A DNA stretch of 64,000 bases from Eledone cirrhosa (taxonomy: Eukaryota), in assembly GCA_964016885.1 (NCBI GenBank), contig OZ024743.1, forward strand, positions 271,808,001 through 271,872,000. The letters are read 5' to 3'. The translations under genes and the position numbers were made by a program. Under the pieces are notes generated by a model. That model worked only from the letters and a program-made list of their open reading frames with translations. It ran no database searches and was not told the origin of the DNA. This document shows positions 27,327-44,909 of the stretch, in pieces (positions within the stretch are counted from its first letter, which is position 1; each line of letters starts with the position of its first letter).

Positions 27327-29037
27327 CTATAAAAGATGAATACTATTTAGTTAGCTGCAGAGAGAATGAATGTTGAGCAGAATTTTGGGAATGGTGAGAA
27401 GATGGAAGGTATGAAAACATTTTGTTACCTAGAAGACTTGTTGAATGTAGAAGGTGGATTGAACTTGCATGTTAATGAGAAGAGAAAGTTGCTGATCATG
27501 AAGGGAAACATGTATCATACATGTGTGGGAAGTGCTATGATTTATGGGAGCAAGACATGGGTGATGAACATGGAGCAGCAGAGAAGGCTGGCAGATGTAT
27601 TCTACATGTGCGTGAAACACCATGATTTATGAGAGTGAGACATGGGTGATGAACATGGAGCAGATGAGAAGGCTGGCAGGTGTATGCTACATGTGTGTGA
27701 AATGCCATGATTTATCGGAGTGAGACATGGGTGATGAACATGGAGCAGCAGGGAAGACTGGCAGGTGTGTCCCACATGTGTGTGAAATGCCATGATTTAT
27801 GAGAGTGAGACATGAGTGATGAACATGGAGCAGATGAGAAGGCTGGAAAATAGAAATAAGAATGGTTTGGTGAATAAGTGGAATATTTCTGAGAGAGAAG
27901 AAAACAAACGATGAATTGTATATTATGATGGGAATAGAGTCAATGATGAATGTTTTGAAGAGAAATAAAATAATGAAAATTATTGTGTACAGTGTTCAGG
28001 TGCACTACAACTCATCAAAGGTGCATGTATAGTACATAGAGTAATGTACAAATGTCAGGAAAGTAAACAGTCTATGAGTGACTCGACAGCTAATAACTGA
28101 TGCAGGTAGTTTGTTCCAAAAAAATGGAATGAGGTAATTGGGTCATTTGTTGAGGAAGGAATAAAGTGACTGGGTAAAAAAATGATGAAAAAAAAAAAAC
28201 AGTAATGTATGTTGTGCAGAGAAATGTAATGAGATGGTTGGGTTATGTATTGAATAAGGATGAAAGTAACTAGGTGAGAGGGGCAATGGCAATAGAACCA
28301 GTGATGAATGTTGTGAAGCAAAATGGAATGAGATTGTTGTGTCATGTGCTGAAAAATTGAATGAAAGTGACTGCGTAGGGGGAATGGAAAGAATGAATGT
28401 GGAAGGAAGTAGATGAACTAGAAAACAATGAAAAACATGTCTAAATATAGTGGAGGATGAAATGAAGACCAAGGCATTATCTTCACTCACTAGAGTATGA
28501 TAGGGTAAAACTGAAAAAATGTTTATGGGTTCTGTAAGGCTAACCCCCTGCTTTGGTAAGGAGAATGCATACATACATGTTTACATAAATACATACATGC
28601 ACACATGCATGCATACATACATTTTACTTATGTACGTACACACATGCATACAAACATGCAGACACACACACACACCCATACATACATACATACACACAGA
28701 AAGAAAGAACACGACTAGTTAGGAAATTACAAGTACAATCCATTAATGGAACAGTAAAAAATATGTAAAACATTCCAAAAATTCTGCATCTAATAACTGC
28801 ATATACACTTGTACAGATACAAAGCATATGCACATGCACACATATGACTCAAAACATACACATCCACACATACAATAACATCCATACCTGCACACACATG
28901 CATGCAGACACATACATATCTACCTAGTTGATGTTGTGTAAATTCCAATGAGAGTCTTGTGTCTATGTTAGAAACCGACATACATATATACATTACATTA
29001 CATAATATAGAAACTGTCCTGTCTGTTTATACCTCAC

Positions 29038-29163
29038 CTTTGTAGAAGGTGTTCATTCCAGTGTAAAAAGATTTCCAGCTGGTATCAATGGATTCTGGAG
29101 CCACAACCAATGTCCACGGAGCTTTCAAGATGGTATTATTATTTGCAGAAGGGATACACTGAC
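29038..29163 (-). CDS. Multi-avidin gene exon 8: avidin domain B1, part 3 (GQCIPSANNNTILKAPWTLVVAPESIDTSWKSFYTGMNTFYK)
   Basis: Avidin motifs GQC, LKxxWxL, WKxxxxGxNxF; TTCTTCAG acceptor, AAG|GTGAGG donor, 126 nt. Confidence 0.93.
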
Positions 29164-29796
29164 CTGAAGAATTATGAGACATATATATATGTGTGTTGTA
29201 TACACTCTACCAATGTATTGAGTACCTTACTTACAGTAAGAAATAAAAAAAATAATAAAAATTTAAAGAAATAAAGTTAAGTGAGAGCATATAAGTACAG
29301 TATACAATAGTTGATAATAGGGCTAAGACAAGACAATCAGCAAAACATTTACCACACACGCATATCAAAACCCCCCCTTCACCATCCACCCTTAGCCCTT
29401 GGGTCTCATACTAGTATCTCCCACTTAATTTCTAATTTATTGCTTTTTCTTTTATCTGTCATTTGTTACTACCTTAGATTCTCTACACGTATCTATGTAT
29501 GTTTCGAATATGGCTTTTCATGTTAGCACTACGTCCACCCCAGCATCCTTATACAGACACTTACTCACCACCACCACTATCATATTCTGTACTTATATGC
29601 TCTCACTTATCTTTATTTCTTTATATTTTTTATTATTTTTTTTATTTCTTACTTTTTTATTGTATCTTTTTTCTTACTTTTTACTTTTTACATCTGTAAC
29701 TTCTTTACCTATTTATCATATATTTTATTATTGCTGTTATTGTTTTGGTTCTATGCTATTTCTCTATATATATACCATGCCATGTATGAATTATTT

Positions 29797-29907
29797 GTAT
29801 TCTGAGGATTTGATCAGAGGTAAATAATGTATTGGAGATCGAGTGACGCAACTTCGAGCGATTAGCAGCCTCTAGACTCACCTGATTAATGAAACAATTG
29901 TTAATAC
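29797..29907 (+). ncRNA. Hammerhead motif with a long stem II insertion
   Basis: GTATT-CTGAGGA-tTTGATCAG...CTGATTAAt-GAAA-CAATTG-TT-AATAC. Confidence 0.6.
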
Positions 29908-30026
29908 CCGAAATAAAGCCCCTTGTTTGTACAGCTAACCATGTTACTCTTCAATCTTTCACTATATATATATATTATATATATATGTATATATATATAT
30001 ATATATGTATGTATATATGTATATGC

Positions 30027-30059
<33 letters not shown>

Positions 30060-30066
<7 letters not shown>

Positions 30067-30905
30067 GACGTAAATAAGAAAGTTATGAAAATTGACTTAC
30101 TTACTAAAATTTCACTCCAACTAATTAGTTTCTGTAAGGGGATAAATATGGTTACGGAGCGTATCCATAGAGAAGCCTTACGTCATCAGGGAGTCTATTC
30201 TCAGCTAAGCTTCCAGGCAATGCGGGGACACTGGGAACTTATATAAAAATAATTCAGTGGATGGAAAAAAGCGAGCGGGGGCTAGATTCCAAGACATTGA
30301 AAAATTCACTGCCTACTTGGTCAAGTGGCAAATTCAAAAGAATCAATCACGTGACACTGAGGTTAATCAGCGAGGAGTGGGGGTGCTATTAAGACAGAGC
30401 CTAGCCACTACTATTAATCACAGTAGTAATTTCGGCAAGTTTTGCTCAACAAATAATTTGGAGATAATTATAAAGAATTAGTATATCTACCAACATATGT
30501 ATACAGATGCATACCTTGAGCAAAACCTGCCGAAATTACTACTGTGATTAATAGTAGTGGCTAGGCTCTGTCTTAATAGCACCCCCATTCCTCGCTGATT
30601 AACCTCAGTGTCACGTGATTGATTCTTTTGAATTTGCCACTTGACCAAGTAGGCAGTGAATTTTTCAATGTCTTGGAATCTAGCCCCCGCTCGCTTTTTT
30701 CCATCCACTGAATTATTTTTATATAAGTTCCCAGTGTCCCCGCATTGCCTGGAAGCTTAGCTGAGAATAGACTCCCTGATGACGTAAGGCTTCTCTATGG
30801 ATACGCTCCGTAACCATATTTATCCCCTTACAGAAACTAATTAGTTGGAGTGAAATTTTAGTAAGTAAGTCAATTTTCATAACTTTCTTATTTACGTCTT
30901 TCATA
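30060..30905. repeat. Inverted repeat with arms of about 385 bp
   Basis: 30060-30446 against 30519-30905; nearly identical ORFs appear on both strands in the ORF track. Confidence 0.9.
30771..30851 (+). ncRNA. Hammerhead motif with palindromic stem III; inverted copy at 30114-30194 (-)
   Basis: ACTCC-CTGATGA-cGTAAGG...CCTTACa-GAAA-CTAATTAG-TT-GGAGT. Confidence 0.7.
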
Positions 30906-32562
30906 TAATTGTTCTGCATCCTCTTGCATAGAACCACAAAGTTACTAAGACAAAACATATATATTTGCCAACATAGGTATGCATCTGTATACATATGTTG
31001 GTAGATATACAAATTCTTTATATATATATATCATGTATATGTATCATGTGGTAGAGAATGTAAATCAGCAGGAGGGCTCAAACGACATGCAAAAGTACAT
31101 GAACTCCAGCCACAGCCGGCTATTCCCAGTGAATGTTTTGGTTGCCGACTCTGTGCAAGACATTTTAGATCATTGGCTGGGCTAAAAAGCCACATTCGAT
31201 CGCGGCGCTGTTAATTGCTAGCGTGTGTGTGTATATATATATGTATATTATTATTGTTGTTGTTGTCGTTATTATTATTGTTGTTATTTTAATATATATA
31301 TATATATATATATTAAAATAACAGATTAAAGTTTAAGCAAAAAATCGCTACTTTCACCCTTAACGGGATCTTCTGAAACTAACAAAGTCAATCTGTAAAC
31401 GCAGAAATGGATATTTCAAAAAACGTTGCAACCGGAGGAAGACAGGAAGACGATACTTTGGTTCGTGGAAAAAACGAATATAATACGACATTAATTACCT
31501 GTATGCTTTGTGAAGGTACGTATACTTTTTCGTACGTATATTTGATTGTATATGTTATGGCGTATATTTTTATATATTCTGGTACATATGCTTTTGGTTA
31601 TGTGTATACGGGAGTTTTGCGTCTGTGTGAGTATGCGGGTTCGTACGTATGTTGGGTGTGTGTATATGTGTACTTCATGTTTTGGTTGACGTACTCTCCG
31701 AACATTGGTGTATTTACATGTAGGTATGTGTGTGCGCTTGTTATATACGTACTTATTTATTTATATACGTTTATTTAATTACTTATTTATTTGTATACAC
31801 GCACACACACACACACACACATATGTATATGTGCGTGGTTTTGTATATCTATGGCGAGTGTTTTCGCGTATGCTTGTGTATGTACGTATTTGGATGCGTG
31901 TATGTATTTATTTAATTTCAATTACCTCTGTATTGTATTTTATTTACTTTATTCTTAACTCTGAAGCGGAGAATCATTCGGTTTCCTAGTTAGAATTTTA
32001 GTCTACGACTTCAGCTTACCATTTACGTGGTTTTGTCTTTGCGTGCAATTGTTCTCTACGCTCCACATATGACGTATTATCTTCGTTTTTTCCGTTCATT
32101 GCCAGAGAACGTCTCTATGAACCACCTAAGAGAACATTAGTCTACGACTTCTTTTATACCATAAACGTGGTTCTGTCTTTGCGTGTAATTGTTTTTCACC
32201 GCTTCTATTAATGACGTATTATATTCGTTTTTTTCCCGTTCTTTGCCAGCGAACGTTACCACGAACCAAAGTATCGTCTTCCTGTCTTCCTCCGGCTGCA
32301 ACGTTTTTTGAAATATCCACTTCTGCGTTTACAGATTGACTTTGTTAGTTTCAGAAGATCCCGTTAAGGGTGAAAGCAGCGATTCTTTGCTTAAACTTTA
32401 ATCTGTTATTTTAATAAATATTTGCTCTACGGTTCTTATATATTTGATATATATTTATCCTTATCGAGCCCTCTTTGGATTTTAGTCTTCAAATTTATTA
32501 TTATTACTATATATATATTTTTTTTTTCTCGTGCAATGGCCATACTCGATAACGAGGGGGCA

Positions 32563-32640
<78 letters not shown>

Positions 32641-32869
32641 TATACATATATATAAATGAAAGTTAGAGTTAATAACTCATACTGAAACCCTGTAATTAAC
32701 AAGCTCAAAGTATAAATACTGAGCTTTATAATAATATATGTAGTAAGAAACACAGTAAATCGTGTGTGTAATATTACGAGGGTTGAAGAACCACATTTGT
32801 TTGAAATATTTAACCATGAAACAGACAGAAAGATAAAAATATATACAGACCACCTCGATAACTATTATA

Positions 32870-32951
32870 TCTCCCGGACAGATTATGGGTTAATCTGTTT
32901 CGCCCTGAGTGTGTTTGTAACAGATAATCCACGGGCATCATCAGCGAGAGA
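32870..32951 (-). ncRNA. Type I hammerhead ribozyme, inverted copy of 33239-33320
   Basis: Reverse complement of the same 82-nt motif with core and stems intact. Confidence 0.85.
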
Positions 32952-33238
32952 ATCTGATTAAATGCGACAAACACGATTTACTGTGTTTATTACTGCATAT
33001 ATTATAATGCTCAGTATTTATACTTTGAGCTTGTTAATTACAGGGTTTCAGTGTGAGTTATTAACTCTACCTTTCATTTATATTTCGGCTTCCTTCCTAG
33101 ATGAGCTTATAAGTTGTGTGTATTGGACTGTTATTTCTGGCCAATCCACTCACACCACTTTTGACTTGCAATGCACGAGGTGAGATTTTCACTTTTGTGT
33201 CCCTGTTAGCATTAGGTGTTTGTCGCATTTAATCAGAT

Positions 33239-33320
33239 TCTCTCGCTGATGATGCCCGTGGATTATCTGTTAGAAACACACTCAGGGCGAAACAGATTAA
33301 CCCATAATCTGTCCGGGAGA
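33239..33320 (+). ncRNA. Type I hammerhead ribozyme, fully canonical
   Basis: Stem I TCTCTCG/CGGGAGA; core CTGATGA(T); stem II GCCC/GGGC; GAAA; stem III CAGATTA-ACCCA-TAATCTG; GTC cleavage triplet (cut after 33313). Confidence 0.85.
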
Positions 33321-33447
33321 TATAATAGTTATCGAGGCAGTCTGTATGTATTTTTATCTTTCTGTCTGTTTCATGGTTAACTATTTCAAACAAATGTGGT
33401 TCTTCAACCCTCGTAATATTAGACACACGATTTACTGTGTTTATTAT

Positions 33448-37000
<3,553 letters not shown>

Positions 37001-37363
37001 CACACCAATTTATTTGTCCCACCCTTGCAAGCAGGGAAAAGCGGACGTAAAATGATGATGATGATGATGATGATGATGATGGTAGCTCTCCTAAACGAGT
37101 TGCCTACATTGTGGCTTACGGAGCCTCCGTCCGCCCCTTGTCTGTTCTATGATATATTCACGAGGGCGTGGTTAGCATACAGCGTCGGACATGTATACCG
37201 AATGTGGTGGAAGTGGGAAGTAAGAACCTTGCCAGTCACATACACACAAATATAAATAACAAATATACAGCCATCTTTACAGACCCCTTTCATACAAATT
37301 GTTGTTACACATACTATTTGAACATAATTTGTATATAACAAGAAATAAAATGACACTTATCTT

Positions 37364-37394
<31 letters not shown>

Positions 37395-37714
37395 GTATAT
37401 GTATATGTGTGGAGGCATGTCGCCTAGTGGTAAGAGTGTTGGACTTACGATCATAATGTCGTGATTTCGATTCCTGGGTTGCGTGTTGTGTTCTTGAGAA
37501 AAACCCTTCATTTCACGTTGCTCCAGTATACTCAGCTGAAAATGAGTACCAGCAATAGCTGGAGGTTTAACCCTGTGATGGACTGGCGTCCTGTCCAGGG
37601 AGGAGTCTTGTACTCACAGTCACTTCACGCCATGAAACCGGGATAAGCACCGGCCAAATGAACCTTCTGGCTTAAGACAGACTTCAGACTTTTTTTAGAT
37701 GTATATATATATAT

Positions 37715-38720
37715 ATGAGTCAGAACTGGATGGAAAAAGTTCAGAGAGCTTATACCACTATTAGCCACTAAAGGGTTCTCCCTAAAAATGAAAGGCAGGT
37801 TGTATGATGCCTGCATACGAACAGCAATGTTGCATGGCAGTGAGACCTGGGCATTGTGTGCAGAGGATATATGCAGACTAGAGAGGAACGAAGCTTGCAT
37901 GCTCCGCTGGATGTGTAATAGTAACATACGTGAACGGCAAAGCATAAGCGAATTAAGGAAAAATTAGAAATAAGAGGGATCAGATGTTGTTTACTCGAGA
38001 GAAGACTACGTTGGTATGGTCACGTGATGCGCATGAAAGACGACAGCTGTATAACAAAGTGCAGGGAAATAAAGATAGATGGTAGCTACGGAGTAGGCAG
38101 ACCCAGAAAAACCTGGGACAAGCTGATAAATTCCGACCTCACACACTTACACCTCTCCAAGACAATGTCACTGGACCGAGACCTTTGGCGGTACTCAGTA
38201 ATAGAGAAGACCCGCCTTACCTAAATACAAAGTAAAACCTACTACAGTCAGTAGGCATCTCTAACAAAATACACCCCCGTCCCACCACCCCACCCCATCC
38301 ACACCGCCCCTTTCAATGTAAAGTTATGTTGGTGCCACAACATCCAGGCCGAAACAAATGAGATCGTGTAGGTGTCACGACAAAAAACACACAGTCCACG
38401 CTGTAATGTGGCCGTGTAGGCAACACGGTAAAAACCTGCCAGCCCCACACTGTAAATGTGGTTGGTGTTAGGAAGGGCATCCAGCTGTAGAAAACCCGCC
38501 AGACAGTCCACGCTGTAATGTGGCCGTGTAGGCAACACGGTAAAAACCTCCCAGCCCCACACTGTAAATGTGGTTGGTGTTAGGAAGGGCATCCAACTGT
38601 AGAAAACCCGCCAGACAGTCCTATGCGAGTAAGACAATCACTCTTGCCTCAAGTGGGAAAACCCCCGTCCAAACCCATGCAAGCGTGGAACACGGACGTT
38701 AAACGATGATGATGATGATA
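37715..38720 (+). mobile_element. RTE 3' fragment with repeat-rich tail
   Basis: RTGWKKFRELIPLL...MLHGSETW...RLRWYGHVMRM...GRPRKTW; near-identical partial copy at 9575-10180 (-). Confidence 0.85.
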
Positions 38721-38815
38721 TATATATATATGCAATTATTTAATTATATACACACATACATGAACATATACATATAAAGTTACATGAATATATGTACTGT
38801 ATGACTACTACTCAC

Positions 38816-38956
38816 CAACAAAGACAGAAATGGAAGTTCCTTGATTCCAAACAATACCAATACTGAAGACAGAATAAGGGCTGATGGCACCATGAAGGAC
38901 AGCATTTCCACCTCCAGATGAACCATTTTTACGTTCAACAGCAGTGTAAAATTTAC
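38816..38956 (-). CDS. Multi-avidin gene exon 7: avidin domain B1, part 2 (GKFYTAVERKNGSSGGGNAVLHGAISPYSVFSIGIVWNQGTSISVFVG)
   Basis: Avidin motifs GxYxTAV, LHG, FxFxVxW, SxTxFxG; AG acceptor, TTG|GTGAGT donor, 141 nt, phase 1-1. Confidence 0.93.
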
Positions 38957-39014
38957 CTTCAGTGAAATAAAACAAAACAATCCAATATTTCAATGTTCAG
39001 ATATACCTTATTAA

Positions 39015-39212
39015 CCCTTTAACATTTACATTACTCTATATTTACTATTATATTTTCATGGTAAAGGTTTACCTTCCATAATTATCTCACATAATATCGA
39101 ATCTTTTGAGAACAATACCTTAACATTAGTATGAGGGGCCAGTTATAGCCTGTTTGAACAGAAAGAGGTGAGAGAATTCTGGCCGGATATAGCCAGTTTA
39201 AATGCTAAAGGG
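39015..39212. mobile_element. piggyBac-type MITE; related copies at 41769-41989, about 23960-24470 and about 5450-5700
   Basis: TIR CCCTTTA(A/G)CATTTA / TAAATGCTAAAGGG with TTAA on both sides. Confidence 0.75.
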
Positions 39213-39789
39213 TTAAATCCTTCTCTATGTGCAACATGGCTGAATATTTAAGACATTCACTTTGCAATCAGAATATTTCAGGTTCAATCGTTCTGTGTGG
39301 CATTTTGAGCATATGTCCTTTGCCATAGTCATGGCTTGACCCAAGCCTTATGAGTAAAATTGAGTTAATGGAAATAGTTTGGAAGCTCATTGGATGGATT
39401 GTGTCTGTAATTCTAAGGGTCAGGTTTGTCACACACTGTGTCATACTGGGTTCCCCTGAGAATTATATTATGGTTACATATTAATTTCCCATGTAGACTG
39501 TTCCATTAAACAAACAACTAGAATTCTCCACACTGAGACTAAAGAAAGTCTATTTCACTCCCTTAAAATATTCAGTGTGCATTGTTTCAGCAATGATGTT
39601 ATATCAAGGATTCTCTCAGCTAAGAATGAGCAAGCATGAGATTTTAGAGAAGGACAGTACCTTTGGTAGGGCTCCTATCAGCAAGGATGATGCATCTATT
39701 TCTAGCTCCTTTAATAACCAGATCTCCACTCTGGACCCACAAGCTTCTGCAACAGTTACCTAACACCTATGTAACAGTATTGGCTGGCC

Positions 39790-39972
39790 AGCTATACCAG
39801 GTTGTGGTTAACTAATCCAAGTTGTGACCAGCTAAGCCAGGCTGATTAGCTAATCCAAGTTGAGACCAGCTAAACCAGGTTGAGATCAGCTAGTCCAGGT
39901 TGAGACCAGCTAAACTAGATTGAGGCCATCTAAACTAGGTTGATACCACCTAAGCCAGGTTGTGGTTACCTG
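39790..39972. repeat. Degenerate tandem repeat of about 20 bp (CAGCTAAACCAGGTTGAGAC)
   Basis: About 9 imperfect copies. Confidence 0.75.
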
Positions 39973-42089
39973 ATGGGTCTTAAACTGTTTGCGAAATTGC
40001 TTAGGGCTTGTCACCCTAACTTGTGGAGACTGGCTTTCTGGAGAACTATACAGAGGAAATCTAATCATCAGTGGTCAATGTTCAATGAGCAAAATATTCA
40101 ACAGCATTGCTGTGGGGTAGATACCTTAACACGTCATGCATTAATGATACATTTCCAGTCATCTTACCACTGGCCCAGTAAATCAGGGGTGAGAGAGTGA
40201 GGCTGGTCATGTAACACACAGTTCTTCAATATAAGGCTCACCTTACCACAGACCTAAGAATTCAAGGAAGAGAGCAGGAGGCTTATCATCAAGCTCAACA
40301 TTCCTCACAATAATCTAAATCCAGTGCATGTAAAGACTCAAATGATGGACTTTTTGTTGAGGTATTATATCTATCTTCCAAAATTGAAATACACCAACTT
40401 TCATTGTTTTCTCACTTGTGTGGGCCTATAGAGGGTGTAGTATAGGTGGAAGCAGTTATGGTTCTCAGGTTGCCAGTATGACTGCATCCTCTGTTGCTAA
40501 TACTTTGTAAGAAGTTCCATTAGGGTCTCAGAGGTAAAGTCATGGTCATCTTCAGAGATGAAAGACAAACAAGATAGAAGACTAAAAGTTGAGCACCAAT
40601 ATAAGACACGTTTTGGGCGGTAAAATACAAACAAGATGGCTAGCTTTGTTTGAGTTAAACCAATAGCCAATTACGAGTTTAAAACCTCTACAAATTCAGC
40701 CCCCTTAACACAAACATAAAATATTATAAAATATCTTTAGAAATGTGAAATTCCGATACATATCTGTATACAGCTATGCTTGAAGCTAAATTCTAATTCT
40801 ATTCTATTATAAGTTGAGCCAACTTATACAGCTTCATATGCAAATGAGATTAATCACCTCATTTACACAGACGAGAAAACTATATTCTTGCCTGTTTTCA
40901 AAGTCCAGCAACAGGAGGGATCGTCCTGACGAGAACTATTTCAGTTCAAAATACATCAACGATTGTCCCCCTTGCTTCTGCTGAACACCACCAGGTAGTG
41001 ATAGCCACTGGTGTTTTTGCATAGCTACAGCTTCCTAAATGTTTATTCATAAACATACCATATTTCTTTAGAAATACGAAATTCCAAATACATATCTGTA
41101 TACAGCTATGCTTGAAGCTAAATTCTAATTCTATTATAAAATATATTGTGTATTGATTTATGTGATCAGTTTTCTGAACTAGATCGTTTAAAGTTAGTAA
41201 GAAGTCTGTTTGTGGGAGGTTTGGTTACTACATTGAATAGGTTGAGGGAATATGAAGAAACTCTTTCAGTAACCCATCATATACCACTGTTATCATCATT
41301 ATCATCACTTTACATCTGTTTTCATGTTTGTTTAGGCTGGATAAGAACGTTGTGTTCATACATTTAATATCATTGCATGATTCTAGGGGCGGGTGTCTTT
41401 CTTATACCAAACATTTTACAAAAGGGCACTGGGTATATTTTATCATGACACCAAGAAAAGTTAAGTTCTCACCAAGAACAAAGGGTTTTCTTTACACTAC
41501 ATTGTCTCTGTTTGATCACTAACCACTTTACAGAGTGTACTAGATGCATTTTATCATGGCACGAGCAATAGAGAGCTTGTGAAGTCCTCAACAAGAAAAA
41601 AGGATCTACTCACTCTTACATTGGTTCGAATCTCATAGGTTAACATGAATAGTAAATACTAATTTGAAATTGATGCAGTTTAGAAATTTATGCTTGTCAC
41701 ATGTTAACACATTAAAATAGAAGTAAAAATATACTAATGATTTAAATTCAATATACAAAGGATTTTAACCCTTAAGCATTTAAACTGGCCATATCGGGCC
41801 AGAACTATCTCACCTCTTTCTGTTCAAACCGGCTGTATCTGGTCACTCATACCTACATTAAGGTATTGTTCTCAAAATAGATAATATTAAAATCTCATAG
41901 ATTTGATATTATGTGAGATAACTATGTAAGATAAAGCCTTTACTGTGAAAATACAATAGTAAATATAGAATAATGTAATTGCTAAAGGGTTAGTTCAATA
42001 TAAAGAATAAATTAGTCTGATACTGAGATTAGAAAAATGTTTTAAATAATTTTCCAGATTTTGATATGTTGAAAATAGTTTCTGTTTAC

Positions 42090-42176
42090 CTTCCAGTAAT
42101 CCATCTTGATTTTGCCTTAGAACCATTGAAGATCCGATGTCATTATACCAAATCCCATTGAGGCTACAGTTGGTTG
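42090..42176 (-). CDS. Multi-avidin gene exon 6: avidin domain B1, part 1 (TNCSLNGIWYNDIGSSMVLRQNQDGLLEG)
   Basis: Matches the avidin N-terminal signature CSLxGxWxNDLGS; TTTCTCCAG acceptor, AAG|GTAAAC donor, 87 nt, phase 1-1. Confidence 0.93.
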
Positions 42177-43769
42177 CTGGAGAAACAGATAATTATTGAT
42201 CAAAGATTTATGTTGTAGTTTAGTTAGTGGTTTAAGTATGTGTGTGGTTAGGAATGGGAGAATGAGATGTATTTAACTTTTTTGACACCAAACAATCTGA
42301 AAAACCACCCCTGGTTCTACAATACAAAATTATCTATTTTTAAATATTTATATTTATCTAAAAGCCTTCCAACATAATTTTATGTAAGAACCTTTGTTAA
42401 GTTATATTCCAGACACCAGCATAACAACAAGAAAATTATATTACTAAATTCCTCAAAATCTTTATTATTTTCAAAATTATTTGAAAATCAGAGACAGTAT
42501 CTTTTATTAAAAATATGATTACATAAAAGTTTACTTTGTGTAAACTTTTTAAATTAAAGACATATTTAAACATAGCACTATGGCATTTCATAACACCTTT
42601 ATTTGATAAGAATTTTTATCATTATTTCCTATCATTAGGCAGTGGATTGGCAGTATTGGTAAAGTGTCAAACAAAATGCTTTGCAGCATTTAGTTACAAA
42701 TCCCACTAAGATCAACTTTGCTTTACACCCTTCCAGGGTCAATAAAATAAAGTACTAGTAAAGTATTGAGATCGATATAATTGACTTTCCCCTCTACTAA
42801 ATTGCTGGCCTTGCGCTAAATGTTAGAAAGAATTATTTCCTATCTTAGTATTACAAGAAGCAATATATATTCTTATATTAGAACAATATACAGAGGCGCT
42901 TATTCATTAAGTTTATTAGATTGCTTTCTCTTTATATTTTAGAATTTTTCAATGAGTATGTCTAATAGCTCTTTATTTAACATTAGTTATATGAAGATAT
43001 AGTAAGTAGCATTGTGGTTAGAGTGTTGAACTCCTGATCATAAGGTTGTAGGTTCAATTCCTGAACCAAACAGCATATTGTAGTCTTGAGCAAGGTACTT
43101 CATTTTACATTACTTCATTCCATTCAGCTGTAAAAATAAGTATCTGTAGCAGCAGCAGCAGCTGGGGTTTAATACTGTGACAGACTGGTGTCTCATCCAG
43201 AGTGAAGGAATCTTTTACACTCAATCACTAAATGCTAATAAAACCAGGATATGCTCTGGTCTAATGAACCTCTAGACTTGTGACAGACTTTTAACTCTGC
43301 AATGGACTGGCATCATGTCTAGGGGTAGTCTTGTATTCTTAGTCACTTAATACTAATGAAACCAGGATAAACTCCAGCCTAATGAGCTTCCAAGCTTGTA
43401 ACAGACTTTAATGCTGATAGACTGGTATCCTGTCCACTGGGGAGTTGTGTATTCTCAGCCATTTAATGCTAATGAAATTGGGATATGCTGCTGCCTGATG
43501 AGCATCTTTGCTTTTTATCAGACTTTAAGATTTTTAATTTATCTGAAGATAATAATCTGCATATAAAAATAACGCCAAGTTATCTTTCATTATTTGAGGT
43601 TTGATTAATCCTTTTATTACCATATTTTTAATGAAAAAATTGCCAATGATTTTAGAGAGATTTAGTAATGAAATTGACTAGATTGATAGGTAGATAGATA
43701 AACAGACACACAGACATATAGACAAACAGAGATAGATAGATAGATGGATAGATAGATTGATAGATATAT

Positions 43770-44390
43770 TTCTTTATTAGCCACAGGGGCACAAAAGAAG
43801 GGGACAAATACAAAGGGGGAAGTTTACATACAATAAAAACGTGTAAAATGTTATCACAGATGGAATTTAAAAAGTTAGTCGATTTTCCCCAATAGAGGGA
43901 GACAGTTTATATGGGTAACACATACCCCCGAAAAAAAATGTGCAACCCTCATCTCCAGGAGTACGAAGAGTTTGTACTCCCTTCCTCTCCTCCTCCTTTT
44001 CCTCAACCTAAAGGCTGATATAGAGAGAAGGCCCATTCACTCGGGCCATTCTCGCCACTTTCACCCACCTTTCATAAAACTTGCTGGGGTACAGCACCTC
44101 TCTCTCCATCCTGATTCTTCTTCCAAAGTGGTATTTGAAAAAAAGAATCAGTTGTTGGCCGGAGAGAAAGGTGTCTGACCTCAGCCCTTTCAACCTTGTC
44201 CACCATACAACCTCTTTCGCCATAGCTATCACACAAAGGAAAACCGCCTCTCCTTCGTTTTTGAAGGAGGGTGGCGGTTTGATCATGACAATGGACTCGG
44301 TGGTCAACTGGACTGGTCCCACCCGCGACAATAGTCGTTCTACATAGCCCCACAGGTCAGTGACGCCCGGGCAGTGTATGAATGCGTGAT
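43770..44390 (-). mobile_element. Tx1/L1-clade LINE 3' end inserted in a (TAGA)n tract
   Basis: HAFIHCP...VIAMAKEVVWWTR; homologous to 48250-48590; (TAGA)n on both flanks. Confidence 0.75.
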
Positions 44391-44778
44391 AGATAGATAG
44401 ATAAATAGATAGGTAGGTAGATAGATAGGCAGGCAGACAGACAGACAGTTAGATAGATCATCCATCATCCGGTGGCCTCAGCCGAAATAGACTCAACAAT
44501 TGATCTCCACGTGGGTCTGTCGTTCATTGCCATTGTCAAGTCCTGGAGTTCAACACCAGAATCTCTGGAGATGACATAGGGGTAGGAGAGCCTGTGCCCC
44601 TTGTTATTAGTGACTGCTTGTGGTTTCCAAAGCACTAATGGGGACACAGCCTCATAGGTGGCATGATGGCAGTGGCCAGCAAACCTTACTCTCCTCTTAC
44701 ATATGACAGATATATGCGGGATAGACAGACAGACGGACATGCAGACAGGCAGACAGAAAGACAGACAGACATACAGAC

Positions 44779-44822
<44 letters not shown>

Positions 44823-44909
44823 GGATGGATGGATGGATAAAGAAAATATCAAAGAAACAAAAAAGATAGAGAGGAGAAGTAACTATTTCAAATGTATTGC
44901 CATACTTAC

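Noticed and set aside
29923-31012. Identical ORFs on both strands suggesting duplicated small genes
   Set aside because: They result from an inverted repeat. There are no recognisable domains or splice structure.
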